The notes below the pieces were generated by a model that was not told the DNA's origin, did no database searches, and saw nothing but the letters and a program-made list of their open reading frames with translations. Shown here piece after piece: positions 32,506-43,102 of a stretch of DNA of 64,000 bases (position 1 is the first letter of the stretch; each line of letters begins with the position of its first letter). The translations under genes were made by a program, and so were the position numbers. This DNA is from a virus. The stretch lies in IMG/VR virus record IMGVR_UViG_3300045988_079665. The stretch is one strand, 5' to 3'.

Positions 32506-32925
32506 TTGGAAACAGTCAAGAACATTGCTGCAATTTTAGGAGCAATTCTTTCTTTAGCAGCGGTTATTACCCTATGTTGCAAACCTATTAAAGCATATAT
32601 TGCAAATGCTCTAAAGAAATATCAGAGCGAACAAGATGATAAATTACAGCAAAATACCATCAAAGCGACGCTCAAGAGAATTGAGAGTAAGCTAGACGCA
32701 ACTGTAGCATATACAACAGAGGCGTGTCGTGGTGAAATCAAAAATATGTTCTATAAGTACATAGACAACAAGACATTGCCGTATTACGAAAAAATGCACA
32801 TGTTGCAAATTGAGGATATTTATGTCAATAAGCTACAAAAGAATCACTATACTAAGGGGCTTATTGAAGAAATGAAAACGTGGTCTGTTGACTATACTGG
32901 GGTTGATTCACAGGATGTCAATTAA
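32506..32925 (+). CDS. membrane-anchored hypothetical protein (139 aa)
   Basis: N-terminal TM IAAILGAILSLAAVITLC. Confidence 0.65.
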   Translation: METVKNIAAILGAILSLAAVITLCCKPIKAYIANALKKYQSEQDDKLQQNTIKATLKRIESKLDATVAYTTEACRGEIKNMFYKYIDNKTLPYYEKMHMLQIEDIYVNKLQKNHYTKGLIEEMKTWSVDYTGVDSQDVN

Positions 32926-33016
32926 CCATAAATTGGCGGCTTGGGCATAGTGCTCTTTGGGCCACCGTAAACGGGATGAATATCTCGTTATATCCTTGCA
33001 GAAAGGAGGAAGATGA

Positions 33017-34726
33017 TTGCAAAAAACAATTAAATTTGAAGCATCAAGTATCAAGCATATTGATATGAGCGAATATGACAACGATGATTACATGGTAGGT
33101 CGGACGGCATTTTTATCAACACGTCCAAACTCACATGATATTGTCATTCCAGAAAATGTACTCAGAGAATATGCGCCGTCCGTGCTTGGTAAATGGGTCA
33201 CTGCTGAGGTTAAATTTAATGACTGTACTACACATACCAACGGGCAGTCAATCGTAGGGATTGTGCCGAAAGAACAGGATGTTGAGTTTATCGAAGCTGA
33301 TGACGGCTATCTTGATGCTTATGTTGATTGTATTATCAGTAAACGATATGCTAAAGAATATTGTAATGTTTTCTCAGAGGATGATGCAACGCGCTCTGTA
33401 AGTATTGAGGCTACATTCTCAATGATTGATGAACATGAATGTGATGGATTTAACATTAAAACAATCACAACTCTTGGGCGAACTGTGCGCCCATCTGTGC
33501 CTGACGCAAATATTACAATCGTTAGATTCTCAGAGGAAGATGCGGAGAGCTATTACAGTAATCTACATAAATCTGATTCTCTATCTAATCTAAAGCAATT
33601 TGTCGAAGAAAGGAAACAATCAATGGTTGAAAAATATGTAAACCATCCTATCAATACATCTAAGGATGCTGTATATACAGGCGAATGGGATGGTGATGAC
33701 GCAAAGAAAAATTTAGTCAAAGAGAAAAATTATAAGACTCTAGCACCCAAGGTGTGCCTCAGACTTGAGGAAGGTTGGGAAGATAGAGAGGTAACCAAGT
33801 TGGGTTACCCCGTCATGGGACTATATGACGGTGAATGGCGTTATTCAACCAAAGCCCTATCATCTGCACTAGCGTATGCAAAACAGAATGATGAGACTGA
33901 GGTTGTAAATAAAATTGAGGCTATCTATAAAAAGTTAGACCTTGATGACGATTCTGAAAGAAAGGAGGACAAGAAAATGGCTGAAATTGAATTTAGCGCA
34001 GTTGATATTGGCGATATGTGGGGTAGACTATATGGCGCTATGCGCGAAGCTCGTAATTGGGAATATGGTATTCAGGGTATTTATGAGGAGGACAATAAGA
34101 AATTTGCTATCCTCATTGATGATGCCAAGAAGCTATATCGGCTCGATTTTAGTCTGACTGAGGACGGTCTTACTCTTGCAGATGAGGTTGTTGAGGTCAA
34201 GCAGGAATTTACTGAGACAGACAACATGAAGAAATTTGCTGAACCAGAAAATGTTGCCGAATATCGTCTAGCTGAATGTGATGAATGTGAACATGATGAC
34301 GATGAGCACGAAGAGGAAATGTCCGCTGACGAAATGAAGGCAAAGATGGCTGATCTTGAAAAGGATATTGAATCCCGTGATAATATCATTATGGAAAAGG
34401 ACGTAGAGCTAGAAGAACTGCGCAAGTTTAAGGCAGAAGTTGAGGAACAGCGTAAAGCCGCAACCGTTGAATCTATTATGGCTGAATGTAAGGAATATAT
34501 GTCTGATGAGCAGTATAAGGAAATGCGCGATGAGGGCATGGCTTGCAAGATGTCTGAGATTGATGGTTGGACAAATAAGGTCAAGGCCGTATCTTTCTCT
34601 GCCGTAAAGAAGAATGTAAAGAAAACAAATGATGGGTTGTTCCGCTTTGCGGCTCCTATCGCCAAGACAAATCGTGAAGATGAGGACGTTTGGACTCGTT
34701 TAAAGAGAAAATCTGAAAATATTTAA
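33017..34726 (+). CDS. candidate prohead protease/scaffold fusion (569 aa)
   Basis: Position before the capsid gene; acidic coiled-coil C-half; N-half loosely protease-like. Confidence 0.4.
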   Translation: MQKTIKFEASSIKHIDMSEYDNDDYMVGRTAFLSTRPNSHDIVIPENVLREYAPSVLGKWVTAEVKFNDCTTHTNGQSIVGIVPKEQDVEFIEADDGYLDAYVDCIISKRYAKEYCNVFSEDDATRSVSIEATFSMIDEHECDGFNIKTITTLGRTVRPSVPDANITIVRFSEEDAESYYSNLHKSDSLSNLKQFVEERKQSMVEKYVNHPINTSKDAVYTGEWDGDDAKKNLVKEKNYKTLAPKVCLRLEEGWEDREVTKLGYPVMGLYDGEWRYSTKALSSALAYAKQNDETEVVNKIEAIYKKLDLDDDSERKEDKKMAEIEFSAVDIGDMWGRLYGAMREARNWEYGIQGIYEEDNKKFAILIDDAKKLYRLDFSLTEDGLTLADEVVEVKQEFTETDNMKKFAEPENVAEYRLAECDECEHDDDEHEEEMSADEMKAKMADLEKDIESRDNIIMEKDVELEELRKFKAEVEEQRKAATVESIMAECKEYMSDEQYKEMRDEGMACKMSEIDGWTNKVKAVSFSAVKKNVKKTNDGLFRFAAPIAKTNREDEDVWTRLKRKSENI

Positions 34727-34746
34727 TAAAAAGGAGATTATATATT

Positions 34747-35280
34747 ATGGCTTTTCATGGTCTAGTTAATACTATGGGTATGTCCTGCACCAATGTTGAT
34801 GCAATGAATAAGGTTGGTGTGGCAACTTCTGACATTGATAATGGCACTCTTGTCACTATCGGTAAGATGGAACAGGCTGCTGACGGTACTGTTACCAGCT
34901 ATCATTATGAGCTAACCCCTGCTACTGCAAATGCAGAGCACGTTCTACTTGTTGCTTCTCCAGAGGTTGGTAGAACTTTTGAGATGCAGATTCACAATGA
35001 CCGTCGCTATTTCTACAATGAAAAGGGTTATCCTGTTGATGTAAAGGATATTCTTGCGCAGGTTGATACTTTTGAGGTTGATGCTGTTGCGTTTGGTGGC
35101 ACTTTCCCTGTTGCTGCCGATGTCGGTAAGTTTGTATCTCCTGATGCAAACGGCAAGTATAAGGTCGGCACAACTGCTGCTCCCGCTACTGGTGCATACT
35201 TTAAGGTTGAGGGCTTTGGCTCTATTACTTGCGGTCAGGATGAGGTTAAGACTGTTATCCTCCGCTGCATCAAGAACTAA
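34747..35280 (+). CDS. head-module protein (177 aa), possibly decoration
   Basis: Position; codon use of highly expressed genes. Confidence 0.6.
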   Translation: MAFHGLVNTMGMSCTNVDAMNKVGVATSDIDNGTLVTIGKMEQAADGTVTSYHYELTPATANAEHVLLVASPEVGRTFEMQIHNDRRYFYNEKGYPVDVKDILAQVDTFEVDAVAFGGTFPVAADVGKFVSPDANGKYKVGTTAAPATGAYFKVEGFGSITCGQDEVKTVILRCIKN

Positions 35281-35316
35281 GCGGGAAACTAATTATTGTA
35301 AAGGAGAAAGAATAAT

Positions 35317-36357
35317 ATGCTAATGAATAAAGAACTCGTTCAGTTTGCCGCTGGTAATACTGAATTTTATGAAGGCGCTATGTCCTACTTCTGCGACAAG
35401 AAGCAGAGTGTCGAAAATAAGGGTCTACTTCAAGAGGCTTTTCTAGCAGAAGTTGAGCGCAAGTCTGGCGTTTCTCGCTCTGGCAATGAAATTTCTGCTT
35501 GGCTCAATAACCCCAACGTTCAGTGGGCGGCTTTTGCTATTGTTGATAGAACTATCAATGCAATTCTTCCTATCAGCATTCTCCCTCAGTTCAGTCTATT
35601 TGCTGATTTCCGTCTACAGAATTTTGGCGACATTACCAAGTTTAAGATTCTACCAGGTAGCTTCTATACTGTTTCTCTTGATGGCCGTGGTCAGCGTACT
35701 ACTCTCCGTCAGAAGAAGGGTGCATCCGACATTACTGTCGCTCCCAAGGGACATATTGTCACCATCTTCAGTGACCTATTCCGTGTTCTAGCTGATATGG
35801 ATAACATTGCTGATTTCATGGGTTGGCTACTCATCTCTGTTGAGTCTGAAATGTACAAGGATGCTGTTGGCGCTCTTAATGCTGGTCTTACTGCAATTCC
35901 TGCTGGCGACCTTAATGTTACTGGCGCAATCGACCTTGGCAAGCTAGTTACTATGTGTGAGCTAGTTGAGGCTCGTAACGGTGGAGCTCCTGCTACTATT
36001 GTTGGCTCTGCAACTGCTCTTATGAAGGTTCTACCTGATTCTACTCTTGGCTATCGTGTGAATGTTGGTAGTGAGGGTGGTCGTATTGAACTACTTAAGG
36101 ATATTGTTGGTTATGACGTTATGCGTCTCCGCAATGCCGTTGATGGTACTGGCAAGCTAGTCCTTGATGCCAACAAGATTTATGTTGTTTCTGCATCTGC
36201 TGATAAGCTAATTAAGGGCGTTATGTCCAACGCTATGACTAACACCAATCAGCATTTCGACAACGCTGATATTACTTCCAACTTTACTTATCGTAAGGAA
36301 TGGGACTTCGTTTATGCCTCTGCTGCAAAGGCTGGCGTTTATAACATTACTGACTAA
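35317..36357 (+). CDS. major capsid protein (position-based)
   Basis: 346 aa, strong codon bias, followed by a strong terminator. Confidence 0.6.
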   Translation: MLMNKELVQFAAGNTEFYEGAMSYFCDKKQSVENKGLLQEAFLAEVERKSGVSRSGNEISAWLNNPNVQWAAFAIVDRTINAILPISILPQFSLFADFRLQNFGDITKFKILPGSFYTVSLDGRGQRTTLRQKKGASDITVAPKGHIVTIFSDLFRVLADMDNIADFMGWLLISVESEMYKDAVGALNAGLTAIPAGDLNVTGAIDLGKLVTMCELVEARNGGAPATIVGSATALMKVLPDSTLGYRVNVGSEGGRIELLKDIVGYDVMRLRNAVDGTGKLVLDANKIYVVSASADKLIKGVMSNAMTNTNQHFDNADITSNFTYRKEWDFVYASAAKAGVYNITD

Positions 36358-36366
36358 TTATATTTT

Positions 36367-36398
36367 GAGAGGGGTTAGAAATAGCCCCTCTCTATTTA
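36367..36398 (+). terminator. intrinsic terminator after capsid gene
   Basis: GAGAGGGG-ttagaaatag-CCCCTCTC + TATTTATA. Confidence 0.8.
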
Positions 36399-36428
36399 TA
36401 ACGGAAATAAGAAAGGAAAATAAAAGGA

Positions 36429-37082
36429 ATGGCAAACACTACTAATACCAAATCCACAACTACACCAAAGACAACCACCAAGAAAGAAACCACGCCAACT
36501 ACGCCTGTTGTTGATACAGAGAAGGAACAGCTAAAGGCGCAGCTTGCCGAACAACAGAAGCGTATGGAAGAAATGATGGCGCAGATGCAGGTTCTTATGC
36601 AAGCACAGAGCAACGCTGTAACGCCCACAAAGCCAGTCAATAATCGCAAGATTAAATTTGTTAATATGTGTACTGGTAAGCTAATTCTAAAGGGCACATC
36701 TCTATGGGAAATTGATGGACAGTTTAATGATCGCGATTTCTCAGAGACAGAGGCTAATATCATTGTCAACAATATGGCAAATGCAATTCGTTCAGGATGT
36801 GTATATATTGCTGACGCGCAGTATGTAGAGGAACATCAGCTACAGCCAATTTATGATAATCTACTTTCTGATAAGCAGATGTTAGACCTCCTTAATCACG
36901 ACTATAAATATGTTCTTGATATGTATAAGACGGCTAGTGACGCACAGAAAAAGATTATTGTTGATACTATTGTATCAAAGCGTAGCAATGGCGAATACGT
37001 CGACGCAAATATTATGATTAAGCTCGGTGAGCTTTGTGGGAGAGATTTGGTTGGTATCACCTCACTAGATAATGAGGAGTGA
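36429..37082 (+). CDS. hypothetical protein with Thr/Pro/Lys-rich N-terminus (217 aa)
   Basis: ORF track. Confidence 0.75.
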   Translation: MANTTNTKSTTTPKTTTKKETTPTTPVVDTEKEQLKAQLAEQQKRMEEMMAQMQVLMQAQSNAVTPTKPVNNRKIKFVNMCTGKLILKGTSLWEIDGQFNDRDFSETEANIIVNNMANAIRSGCVYIADAQYVEEHQLQPIYDNLLSDKQMLDLLNHDYKYVLDMYKTASDAQKKIIVDTIVSKRSNGEYVDANIMIKLGELCGRDLVGITSLDNEE

Positions 37083-37088
37083 TAAATT

Positions 37089-37529
37089 ATGGCAACATCA
37101 TTTGATGTTATTGGGCAAAGAGCATTAAGTGTAATTGATGACTATAAACTGCGCAAACTATACGACGCAAATATTGAGCTGTTTCACGACAAGATTGATG
37201 GATGGGTCATTAGTTCAGCTGCAAAGTTTATAGAATGTGAACAACCGCTAACATATGATTTAGAGCTTAGACAATTTGACGCAGATTTAACAGATTTAGA
37301 GATTCAGATTCTTGCCGAATATTGGGTTATATACTGGTGGCGCGGTGAGACGGACGTAGCAACACAGATTGCACAAAAACTTAAAGTTCCATCCTCTTTC
37401 CAGATGGATGGCGTATCCTCGCAGAATTTCAAAGAAAAGCAGAACGTTATTGATAAGCTAGAAGAAGATGTAGATAGGTTAATTCACGACAAATACCAGC
37501 TCTTATATCTATCCTCCTATAATTATTAA
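37089..37529 (+). CDS. head-tail connector-like protein (position-based)
   Basis: ORF track. Confidence 0.5.
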   Translation: MATSFDVIGQRALSVIDDYKLRKLYDANIELFHDKIDGWVISSAAKFIECEQPLTYDLELRQFDADLTDLEIQILAEYWVIYWWRGETDVATQIAQKLKVPSSFQMDGVSSQNFKEKQNVIDKLEEDVDRLIHDKYQLLYLSSYNY

Positions 37530-37543
37530 AGAGGGGTGGATAT

Positions 37544-37810
37544 ATGAGTAGAACAGATAAGCAAGAAAAAATTCATGCTTTATATAAAGTCCTGTTGCTG
37601 TTTGAAGATTTGACCAGTCTTGAGCCGACAATTGAAGAAGCCGACTATACAGCATATTGTGAGCGGCTATCTGTACGATTTAGGGCGGTTGATGGTGAAA
37701 TTGCTGATACATTGGCAGGATTAAGCAAAATGGGGCTTGAGCTTACTCATCCTATTATCCGTTCATGTGTATTGCGCATGACAAACAGAATTGAAAGGAT
37801 GGGTGATTGA
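37544..37810 (+). CDS. hypothetical protein (88 aa)
   Basis: ORF track. Confidence 0.7.
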   Translation: MSRTDKQEKIHALYKVLLLFEDLTSLEPTIEEADYTAYCERLSVRFRAVDGEIADTLAGLSKMGLELTHPIIRSCVLRMTNRIERMGD

Positions 37811-37811
37811 T

Positions 37812-38522
37812 ATGGCGTATGATGAATTTATTCAGGACATATTAAATACTCGTGGTAGATTTGCTTGTGGCGATGAATATCATGAAAGACACCATATCAT
37901 TCCTAAATGTCTTGGTGGCACTAACGACGAGGATAATCTTATAGATTTGTACGCGAGAGAACATTATGAGGCACATAAACTCCTTTCTGATGAAAATCCT
38001 GGGAATACACCTTTGCAACATGCTTTTTTTATGATGTCGACGTGTATTTCTCAGAATAAAGGTAGATATAAATGCACCGCAGAAGAATATGAGATTGCTA
38101 AAAAGAGAGTTTCAGAATGTAAGTTTTCTGAGGAAACATTAAAAAAAATGTCTATTACCAGAAAGGGAAGAACTCTTTCTGAAGAACATAGAAAACATAT
38201 GTCTGAGGCTCAAATTGGAAGAAAAGTTTCATTAGAAACTAGATTAAAGTTGAGTTTGGCACAAAAAGGAAAATCTCGTCCACATAAAGGACACATACCG
38301 TCTGATGAAACAAGGGCGATATGGTCTAAGCAGAGAAAGGGACGAGACGCAGGTGGTAAAAATCCAAATGCGAAAAAAGTTTTGTGCGATGGCGTACTAT
38401 ATGATTGGGCTGGAGAATGTGCTGATAAATTAGGGATTGCAAGAACAACTCTTAGAAGTTGGTTGAATGGACAACGTAAGATGCCAAAGCAGTGGGTAGA
38501 TAGGGGGCTTTCATATGTATGA
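37812..38522 (+). CDS. HNH homing endonuclease with NUMOD3 repeats and C-terminal HTH
   Basis: HERHHIIPKCLGGTNDEDNLIDLYAREHYEAH; repeats SEETLKKMS/SEEHRKHMS/SLETRLKLS/SDETRAIWS; GIARTTLRSWL. Confidence 0.85.
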   Translation: MAYDEFIQDILNTRGRFACGDEYHERHHIIPKCLGGTNDEDNLIDLYAREHYEAHKLLSDENPGNTPLQHAFFMMSTCISQNKGRYKCTAEEYEIAKKRVSECKFSEETLKKMSITRKGRTLSEEHRKHMSEAQIGRKVSLETRLKLSLAQKGKSRPHKGHIPSDETRAIWSKQRKGRDAGGKNPNAKKVLCDGVLYDWAGECADKLGIARTTLRSWLNGQRKMPKQWVDRGLSYV

Positions 38523-39264
38523 TATGTTTCAATATCAAACCCGCCCGAATGATTACTATAGAGATTTAATGTCTGAATATATTTGTGCGCAATGGGATAA
38601 CACGTCTGCTAAAACACCTGAGAATGGTGGCGCATTACTAGAACAAAATGGAATAGGGTCTAATGAATATAGTTGTGTTCAAGCATGGGTTGCTCCTACT
38701 GTGGCAACAACATCAACCGGACAAAAGGATACTATAGATTTTTTGCAGTTTATATTCAAGAACATTGACCATTTTGTTGTGCGCGGGCTTTACTACAAGT
38801 TTGATAGCAATGTGTGGATTGTCCACGATTCTGGCAAATTTGATGGCTTGCCCCGTGGTGTTGGTGTGCGTCGTTGCAACAATGTTATGCGGATTAAAGA
38901 TGAGGTCAATGACGTAATCTTTAGCACTCCATGTGTTGTTGACTATGATATGCAATCACCATCAGCACAGGTTAGTACGCCTATCATCACACCAAACAAC
39001 CATGCCGTTGTTATGGTTCAGGGCAATGAGGATGTATATAGGCTATTCAAGCTGAATACCAGATATATCCTAGGTGGCAGACCATTTAAACTGTTATCGT
39101 ATCAAAATGCTATTAATGCTTATGGTATTAGCAAACCAACATTGCTCACGCTTGAGCTATATCTTGATGAGGCTCATGCTGGTGATGACATTGAGAATCA
39201 GCTTGCGGATAATAGCTCTGTTGATTATCCAATGGACGAAAACGCGCCATTTCCAATGGGCTAA
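38515..39264 (+). CDS. head-tail module protein (249 aa)
   Basis: ORF track. Confidence 0.7.
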   Translation: MYDMFQYQTRPNDYYRDLMSEYICAQWDNTSAKTPENGGALLEQNGIGSNEYSCVQAWVAPTVATTSTGQKDTIDFLQFIFKNIDHFVVRGLYYKFDSNVWIVHDSGKFDGLPRGVGVRRCNNVMRIKDEVNDVIFSTPCVVDYDMQSPSAQVSTPIITPNNHAVVMVQGNEDVYRLFKLNTRYILGGRPFKLLSYQNAINAYGISKPTLLTLELYLDEAHAGDDIENQLADNSSVDYPMDENAPFPMG

Positions 39265-39281
39265 AGGAGGTCGGTTAGATT

Positions 39282-39860
39282 ATGTATAATTCATTAAGTC
39301 GCTTGCCGACAATACCATATAATATTATGGTATATTTAGCAAAATCGACTGACCCTATTGCTGATGTCTTTTGGAAGATGCTGGCATATAAGGACTATAA
39401 GGCGTTAAGCCATGAACCACTTACATTTCAACAGAAAATGAAATTAGTGTGGTCATATGGCAAGCAGGATACATATAGCGTATTCTTAACTAATCTAATT
39501 GAGGACGCTATGGCTGAATCTAAGCAGATTGTTAAGATATATCAATATTATATCCATGCGTCTGAGCTATATACTAGCACAGTAGTCTATGCGTTTGATT
39601 GTTTATATGGCGGTCAAATGAGCTTAGTTGAATATAATGGTATTCCTGTCAATCGTGGCGATTTGTTCATTCATTGTGTGTTATATTTGCTCAATGGCGC
39701 AGAGGTGGGCGGTGTAGGTAAGCTCATGTTCTTAGATGATATGAGCCGATACAGCGCGGCACGTTCAACTATTGGCAATAATAAGACATTCACCGGTGTT
39801 CAGTTATATATGGCGGTCAATGTTGGTGATTCTGGCAAGGTGGTAGATTGTGGCGATTGA
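39282..39860 (+). CDS. head-tail module protein (192 aa)
   Basis: ORF track. Confidence 0.7.
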   Translation: MYNSLSRLPTIPYNIMVYLAKSTDPIADVFWKMLAYKDYKALSHEPLTFQQKMKLVWSYGKQDTYSVFLTNLIEDAMAESKQIVKIYQYYIHASELYTSTVVYAFDCLYGGQMSLVEYNGIPVNRGDLFIHCVLYLLNGAEVGGVGKLMFLDDMSRYSAARSTIGNNKTFTGVQLYMAVNVGDSGKVVDCGD

Positions 39861-40698
39861 TATTGCCGTCCTTGAAAAAGGATATTTTTATTTCGACAAG
39901 CCCGTACCATATAAATTATCAGATACGACCCATATTGATATAACGCCTATATCAGTATATGACAGCGAGGTCTTTTTGTCAAGTTGTGATATTCTTCAAA
40001 TAGATAAAAATGCGCTTAATTCTGTTGAGATAATACAGATGAGTTATCTTGATTTTTTATTGAAAATTATGTTGCCAACAGACCAATCAGGATTATTACT
40101 AGATAAATTCTGTAATATACTTAAATTATGCCTTGGCATGCCAGATTGGAAAATCAAGATGGATGGAAAAAAAAGAATCAGCATACTTGCACCTGATGAA
40201 TCGTTTGAAATTACAGGCAAGCAATTTGATGATATTAAGCGTATTATATTGTATCAGAATGTGCCGCATTATGACGATACCTATATTGACCCAGAGGCAA
40301 AGGCAGCAATGCAGGAATTAGATAAACTGAAAAGCGCTAATATCAATATGCCGACACTAGAGCGGCGCATGGCTATTATTACAGCTCATTGCGGCATTGA
40401 TAAACAAGCATTGATGCAGTATACAATGCGGTCATTACAGTTACTATTTGAAGAATGCGCTGGAGAAGTTGAGTTTACAACTTTGCGTCCTATTATGCTA
40501 TATGCTGGGAAAGCTAAAGAGCTTGAACATTGGATATATAAGAAAAAGAAAGATAAGTTTGATGGCTATTTCACTAGTGTTGGCTCATATCAAGAAAAAT
40601 TTGGTGGAGAATCTGGTGTAAAAATATCTAACGTATCTCAAGAAAATTCTGTTGGTGCTAGTTTTGACCAACAATTTAATTCATTTAGAAAAAATTAA
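39850..40698 (+). CDS. head-tail module protein (282 aa)
   Basis: ORF track; GTG start. Confidence 0.7.
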   Translation: MAIDIAVLEKGYFYFDKPVPYKLSDTTHIDITPISVYDSEVFLSSCDILQIDKNALNSVEIIQMSYLDFLLKIMLPTDQSGLLLDKFCNILKLCLGMPDWKIKMDGKKRISILAPDESFEITGKQFDDIKRIILYQNVPHYDDTYIDPEAKAAMQELDKLKSANINMPTLERRMAIITAHCGIDKQALMQYTMRSLQLLFEECAGEVEFTTLRPIMLYAGKAKELEHWIYKKKKDKFDGYFTSVGSYQEKFGGESGVKISNVSQENSVGASFDQQFNSFRKN

Positions 40699-40710
40699 GG
40701 AGGAAAATAT

Positions 40711-41781
40711 ATGAACTATGTAGCTGGCGGTGCTGGCAGAGCGCTACTGTTCCTTGGCGAACAGCTTTATTCTGTCGGTAATACGCTTGACAACAATGCG
40801 ATTCATTTCTCTATTACAGCTGAAGACATTCGTGGCGGCAAGAAACATTTCCTGCTTGCTCAGTATTTTCATGACCCCAACATGACCGTTGATCTACAGA
40901 ACGTTTTCTTTAACTTCAACGAGCTTGGTCTAGTCACTGGCAATACTATCGAACAGGGTGGTCTTTCCCTAAAGGAAGAACAGGTTGTTGCGGCTGCCGG
41001 TGGCGTTGTAACTCCAACTCAGACACCTGTTGCTCCTGTTGGAATGGGAGGCAAGATTCTTGTTTGGTACAAGAAGCCTACTGAGGACAATTGGAAGGAT
41101 GTTACTTATACCAATGGCGTGACCATTCCGGGCGCTGTTCTTGGCGAAGTATATTGCATCAAGTATTTCTGGAACAATCCTAACGCAGAGTCTATGACTC
41201 TCAATGCAAACAGTGAACCTGCTGAACTTCAGCTTGTTCTTATTCAAGACCTGTATTCTGCTAGCGTTCAGAAGGGTGTTACTACTCCCGGTGCAAAAGC
41301 TGGTCAGGTAATTACTATTTGTCCAAGATATAAGTTGAATGGTACAACCGACCTTGACTTTGCGGCTGCATCTACTGTTGGTACGTCTCTGAGTGGTACT
41401 GTTCTAGCCGTGGAAGATGATTCTAGCTGTGAAGGCGATTACATCTTTGGTTATATGACTCAGGAAATCTTTGGCGCAAAGTGGCAGAATGAAGTTAGAG
41501 CGATTGCATTTGAAGATGCTGACATGTCTCTAGCTGCTCAGGGCACTCAGACTGCTGTTTGTTATGTCTTGTTTAACGGTAATAAAGCACCAAAGATTGT
41601 TGATAATGCCAACTTTACGTTTGCTGTTGAAGATGGCGATACGTTTGCATCTGTTGATGCTAAGGGTGTTGTTACCGCTAAGGCAGCTGGTAAGGCTCAC
41701 ATTTCCGCGACTCTAAAGGGTGCAGACCCCGGTAACGGCCCTGCTGTCGTTGGCTATTTTGAGGTCACTGTAACTGGCTAA
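40711..41781 (+). CDS. major tail protein with C-terminal Ig-like (Big_2-type) domain
   Basis: Position, terminator after it; FTFAVEDGDTFASVDAKGVVTAKAAGKAHISATLKG. Confidence 0.6.
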   Translation: MNYVAGGAGRALLFLGEQLYSVGNTLDNNAIHFSITAEDIRGGKKHFLLAQYFHDPNMTVDLQNVFFNFNELGLVTGNTIEQGGLSLKEEQVVAAAGGVVTPTQTPVAPVGMGGKILVWYKKPTEDNWKDVTYTNGVTIPGAVLGEVYCIKYFWNNPNAESMTLNANSEPAELQLVLIQDLYSASVQKGVTTPGAKAGQVITICPRYKLNGTTDLDFAAASTVGTSLSGTVLAVEDDSSCEGDYIFGYMTQEIFGAKWQNEVRAIAFEDADMSLAAQGTQTAVCYVLFNGNKAPKIVDNANFTFAVEDGDTFASVDAKGVVTAKAAGKAHISATLKGADPGNGPAVVGYFEVTVTG

Positions 41782-41794
41782 TTCGTTTGATTTC

Positions 41795-41830
41795 AATGGG
41801 GAGAGATAGCAATATCTTTCCCCATTTTAT
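41795..41830 (+). terminator. intrinsic terminator
   Basis: AATGGGGA-16 nt-TCCCCATT + TTAT. Confidence 0.8.
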
Positions 41831-41858
41831 TACGTTCAAATAAAGTAGGTGAGAAATA

Positions 41859-42173
41859 ATGGATTGTCCATATTGTAATGTAGTAAATTATGATACCATC
41901 CCAACTTGCAACAAGCAAGAGGGGCATCATATTTGCCCTCATGTCAGGCGGTGCATTGAGCATCATACATGGAAGCCACTAAATTTTATGGCTAATTGCC
42001 CAATCAAATCCGCGCCAACCGGGAACGTGCAGTTTGAACGGCATGGTTATCTATATGTTAAAGTAGGCAATGAGGTTATTAAGGTACAAAACCCATATAA
42101 TTATATCCCAGATAATGTAGAATTAAGGAAATATAAAGGAAAATATAAGGTAGTAAAGGAGAATAAGGAATAA
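41859..42173 (+). CDS. Cys/His-rich small protein (104 aa)
   Basis: ORF track; CPYC...C...HHICPH..C. Confidence 0.7.
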   Translation: MDCPYCNVVNYDTIPTCNKQEGHHICPHVRRCIEHHTWKPLNFMANCPIKSAPTGNVQFERHGYLYVKVGNEVIKVQNPYNYIPDNVELRKYKGKYKVVKENKE

Positions 42174-42568
42174 TGAAGGAAAATATTAAGGCATTTGAAT
42201 CTGTAGAATTGGCTGATTATGGTATTCGTGTTAATCGTTATCTGACATATAGTCAGATTCAGTCTATTGTTGATGGGCTAAAAAAGCTAGATTCATGGGC
42301 AGAGCGTCAGCAGAGTATTGATATGTGTATACTCTATTTTGCAACTGACCTAAAGAAGGAAGAAATTGAGAATCACGATCATGATTATTGGCTCAAGACT
42401 GGCATTATTGAAGCTGTGAATGATAAGATTGTGAATATCTATCAGCTCAATGAGGCGATTGATTATGAGGAATCACTAAAGAAGGCGATTGTTCAGATTT
42501 CGCGTGAACTGCCCAGATTCAGCAATAAGGTGGATGAGGTGATGAAAAATGCCTCAAGCAAGAAGTAA
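42173..42568 (+). CDS. possible tail assembly chaperone (position only)
   Basis: 131 aa acidic protein between tail tube and tape-measure genes. Confidence 0.35.
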   Translation: MKENIKAFESVELADYGIRVNRYLTYSQIQSIVDGLKKLDSWAERQQSIDMCILYFATDLKKEEIENHDHDYWLKTGIIEAVNDKIVNIYQLNEAIDYEESLKKAIVQISRELPRFSNKVDEVMKNASSKK

Positions 42569-42584
42569 TAAAGAGGTCTTAGCT

Positions 42585-43100
42585 ATGTTGCATAGCCCTA
42601 TAGCTAATGCTATCAACTATGTCATAGATAAGATATATGATGAGAATATAGGCGCGATACATGATATAGTATATATGGCATATAGCCCAGAGGAGTATGA
42701 GCGAACTGGGGATTTTTATAGAGCATGGGGCATGGGCGAACCAACTAAAGCACTAAATGAAAGAACTACCAGAGGCGAGTTCACATATAAGCCCAATAAG
42801 ATGAGTATTGGTAGCACTGATCCAAACAGCTCTAGCTATGGACAACATATTGGTCTAGCCGGTGATTTCTATGGGCAGGATGCGCGACCATACTTAGCCG
42901 AATTAATATATAATGGCGCAACTGGCGGCTATTTTGGCGATGGTGCGTTTAGAAAAAAGCGCGACGCATGGGAAGAATTGAATAAGCGTATAGGTAGACG
43001 TAAGATGAAACAATGGATGAAAGAGGGGTTGGAGGCGGCTGGGCTTAAAGTGCAGATGCACAATAAAGCCATAGAGGTCACGACAACTAAGGTGGACTAG
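42585..43100 (+). CDS. hypothetical protein (171 aa)
   Basis: ATG 42585 with AAAGAGG RBS inside track ORF 42549..43100. Confidence 0.65.
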   Translation: MLHSPIANAINYVIDKIYDENIGAIHDIVYMAYSPEEYERTGDFYRAWGMGEPTKALNERTTRGEFTYKPNKMSIGSTDPNSSSYGQHIGLAGDFYGQDARPYLAELIYNGATGGYFGDGAFRKKRDAWEELNKRIGRRKMKQWMKEGLEAAGLKVQMHNKAIEVTTTKVD

Positions 43101-43102
43101 AT

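Noticed and set aside
34081-34665. 194-aa Ser-rich ORF on the minus strand, and similar antisense ORFs at 46915-47373, 21780-22172, 36392-36772, 43279-43572, 60543-60869 and 61026-62048
   Set aside because: These are shadow ORFs antisense to strongly supported genes. They have low-complexity translations, no RBS and no room in the operon logic.
42549-42568. Programmed -1 frameshift between tail chaperone-like ORFs (gpG/gpGT style)
   Set aside because: The downstream frame is +1 rather than -1 relative to the upstream ORF. It is closed by an in-frame TGA just before its ATG, and there is no slippery heptamer in the right register.
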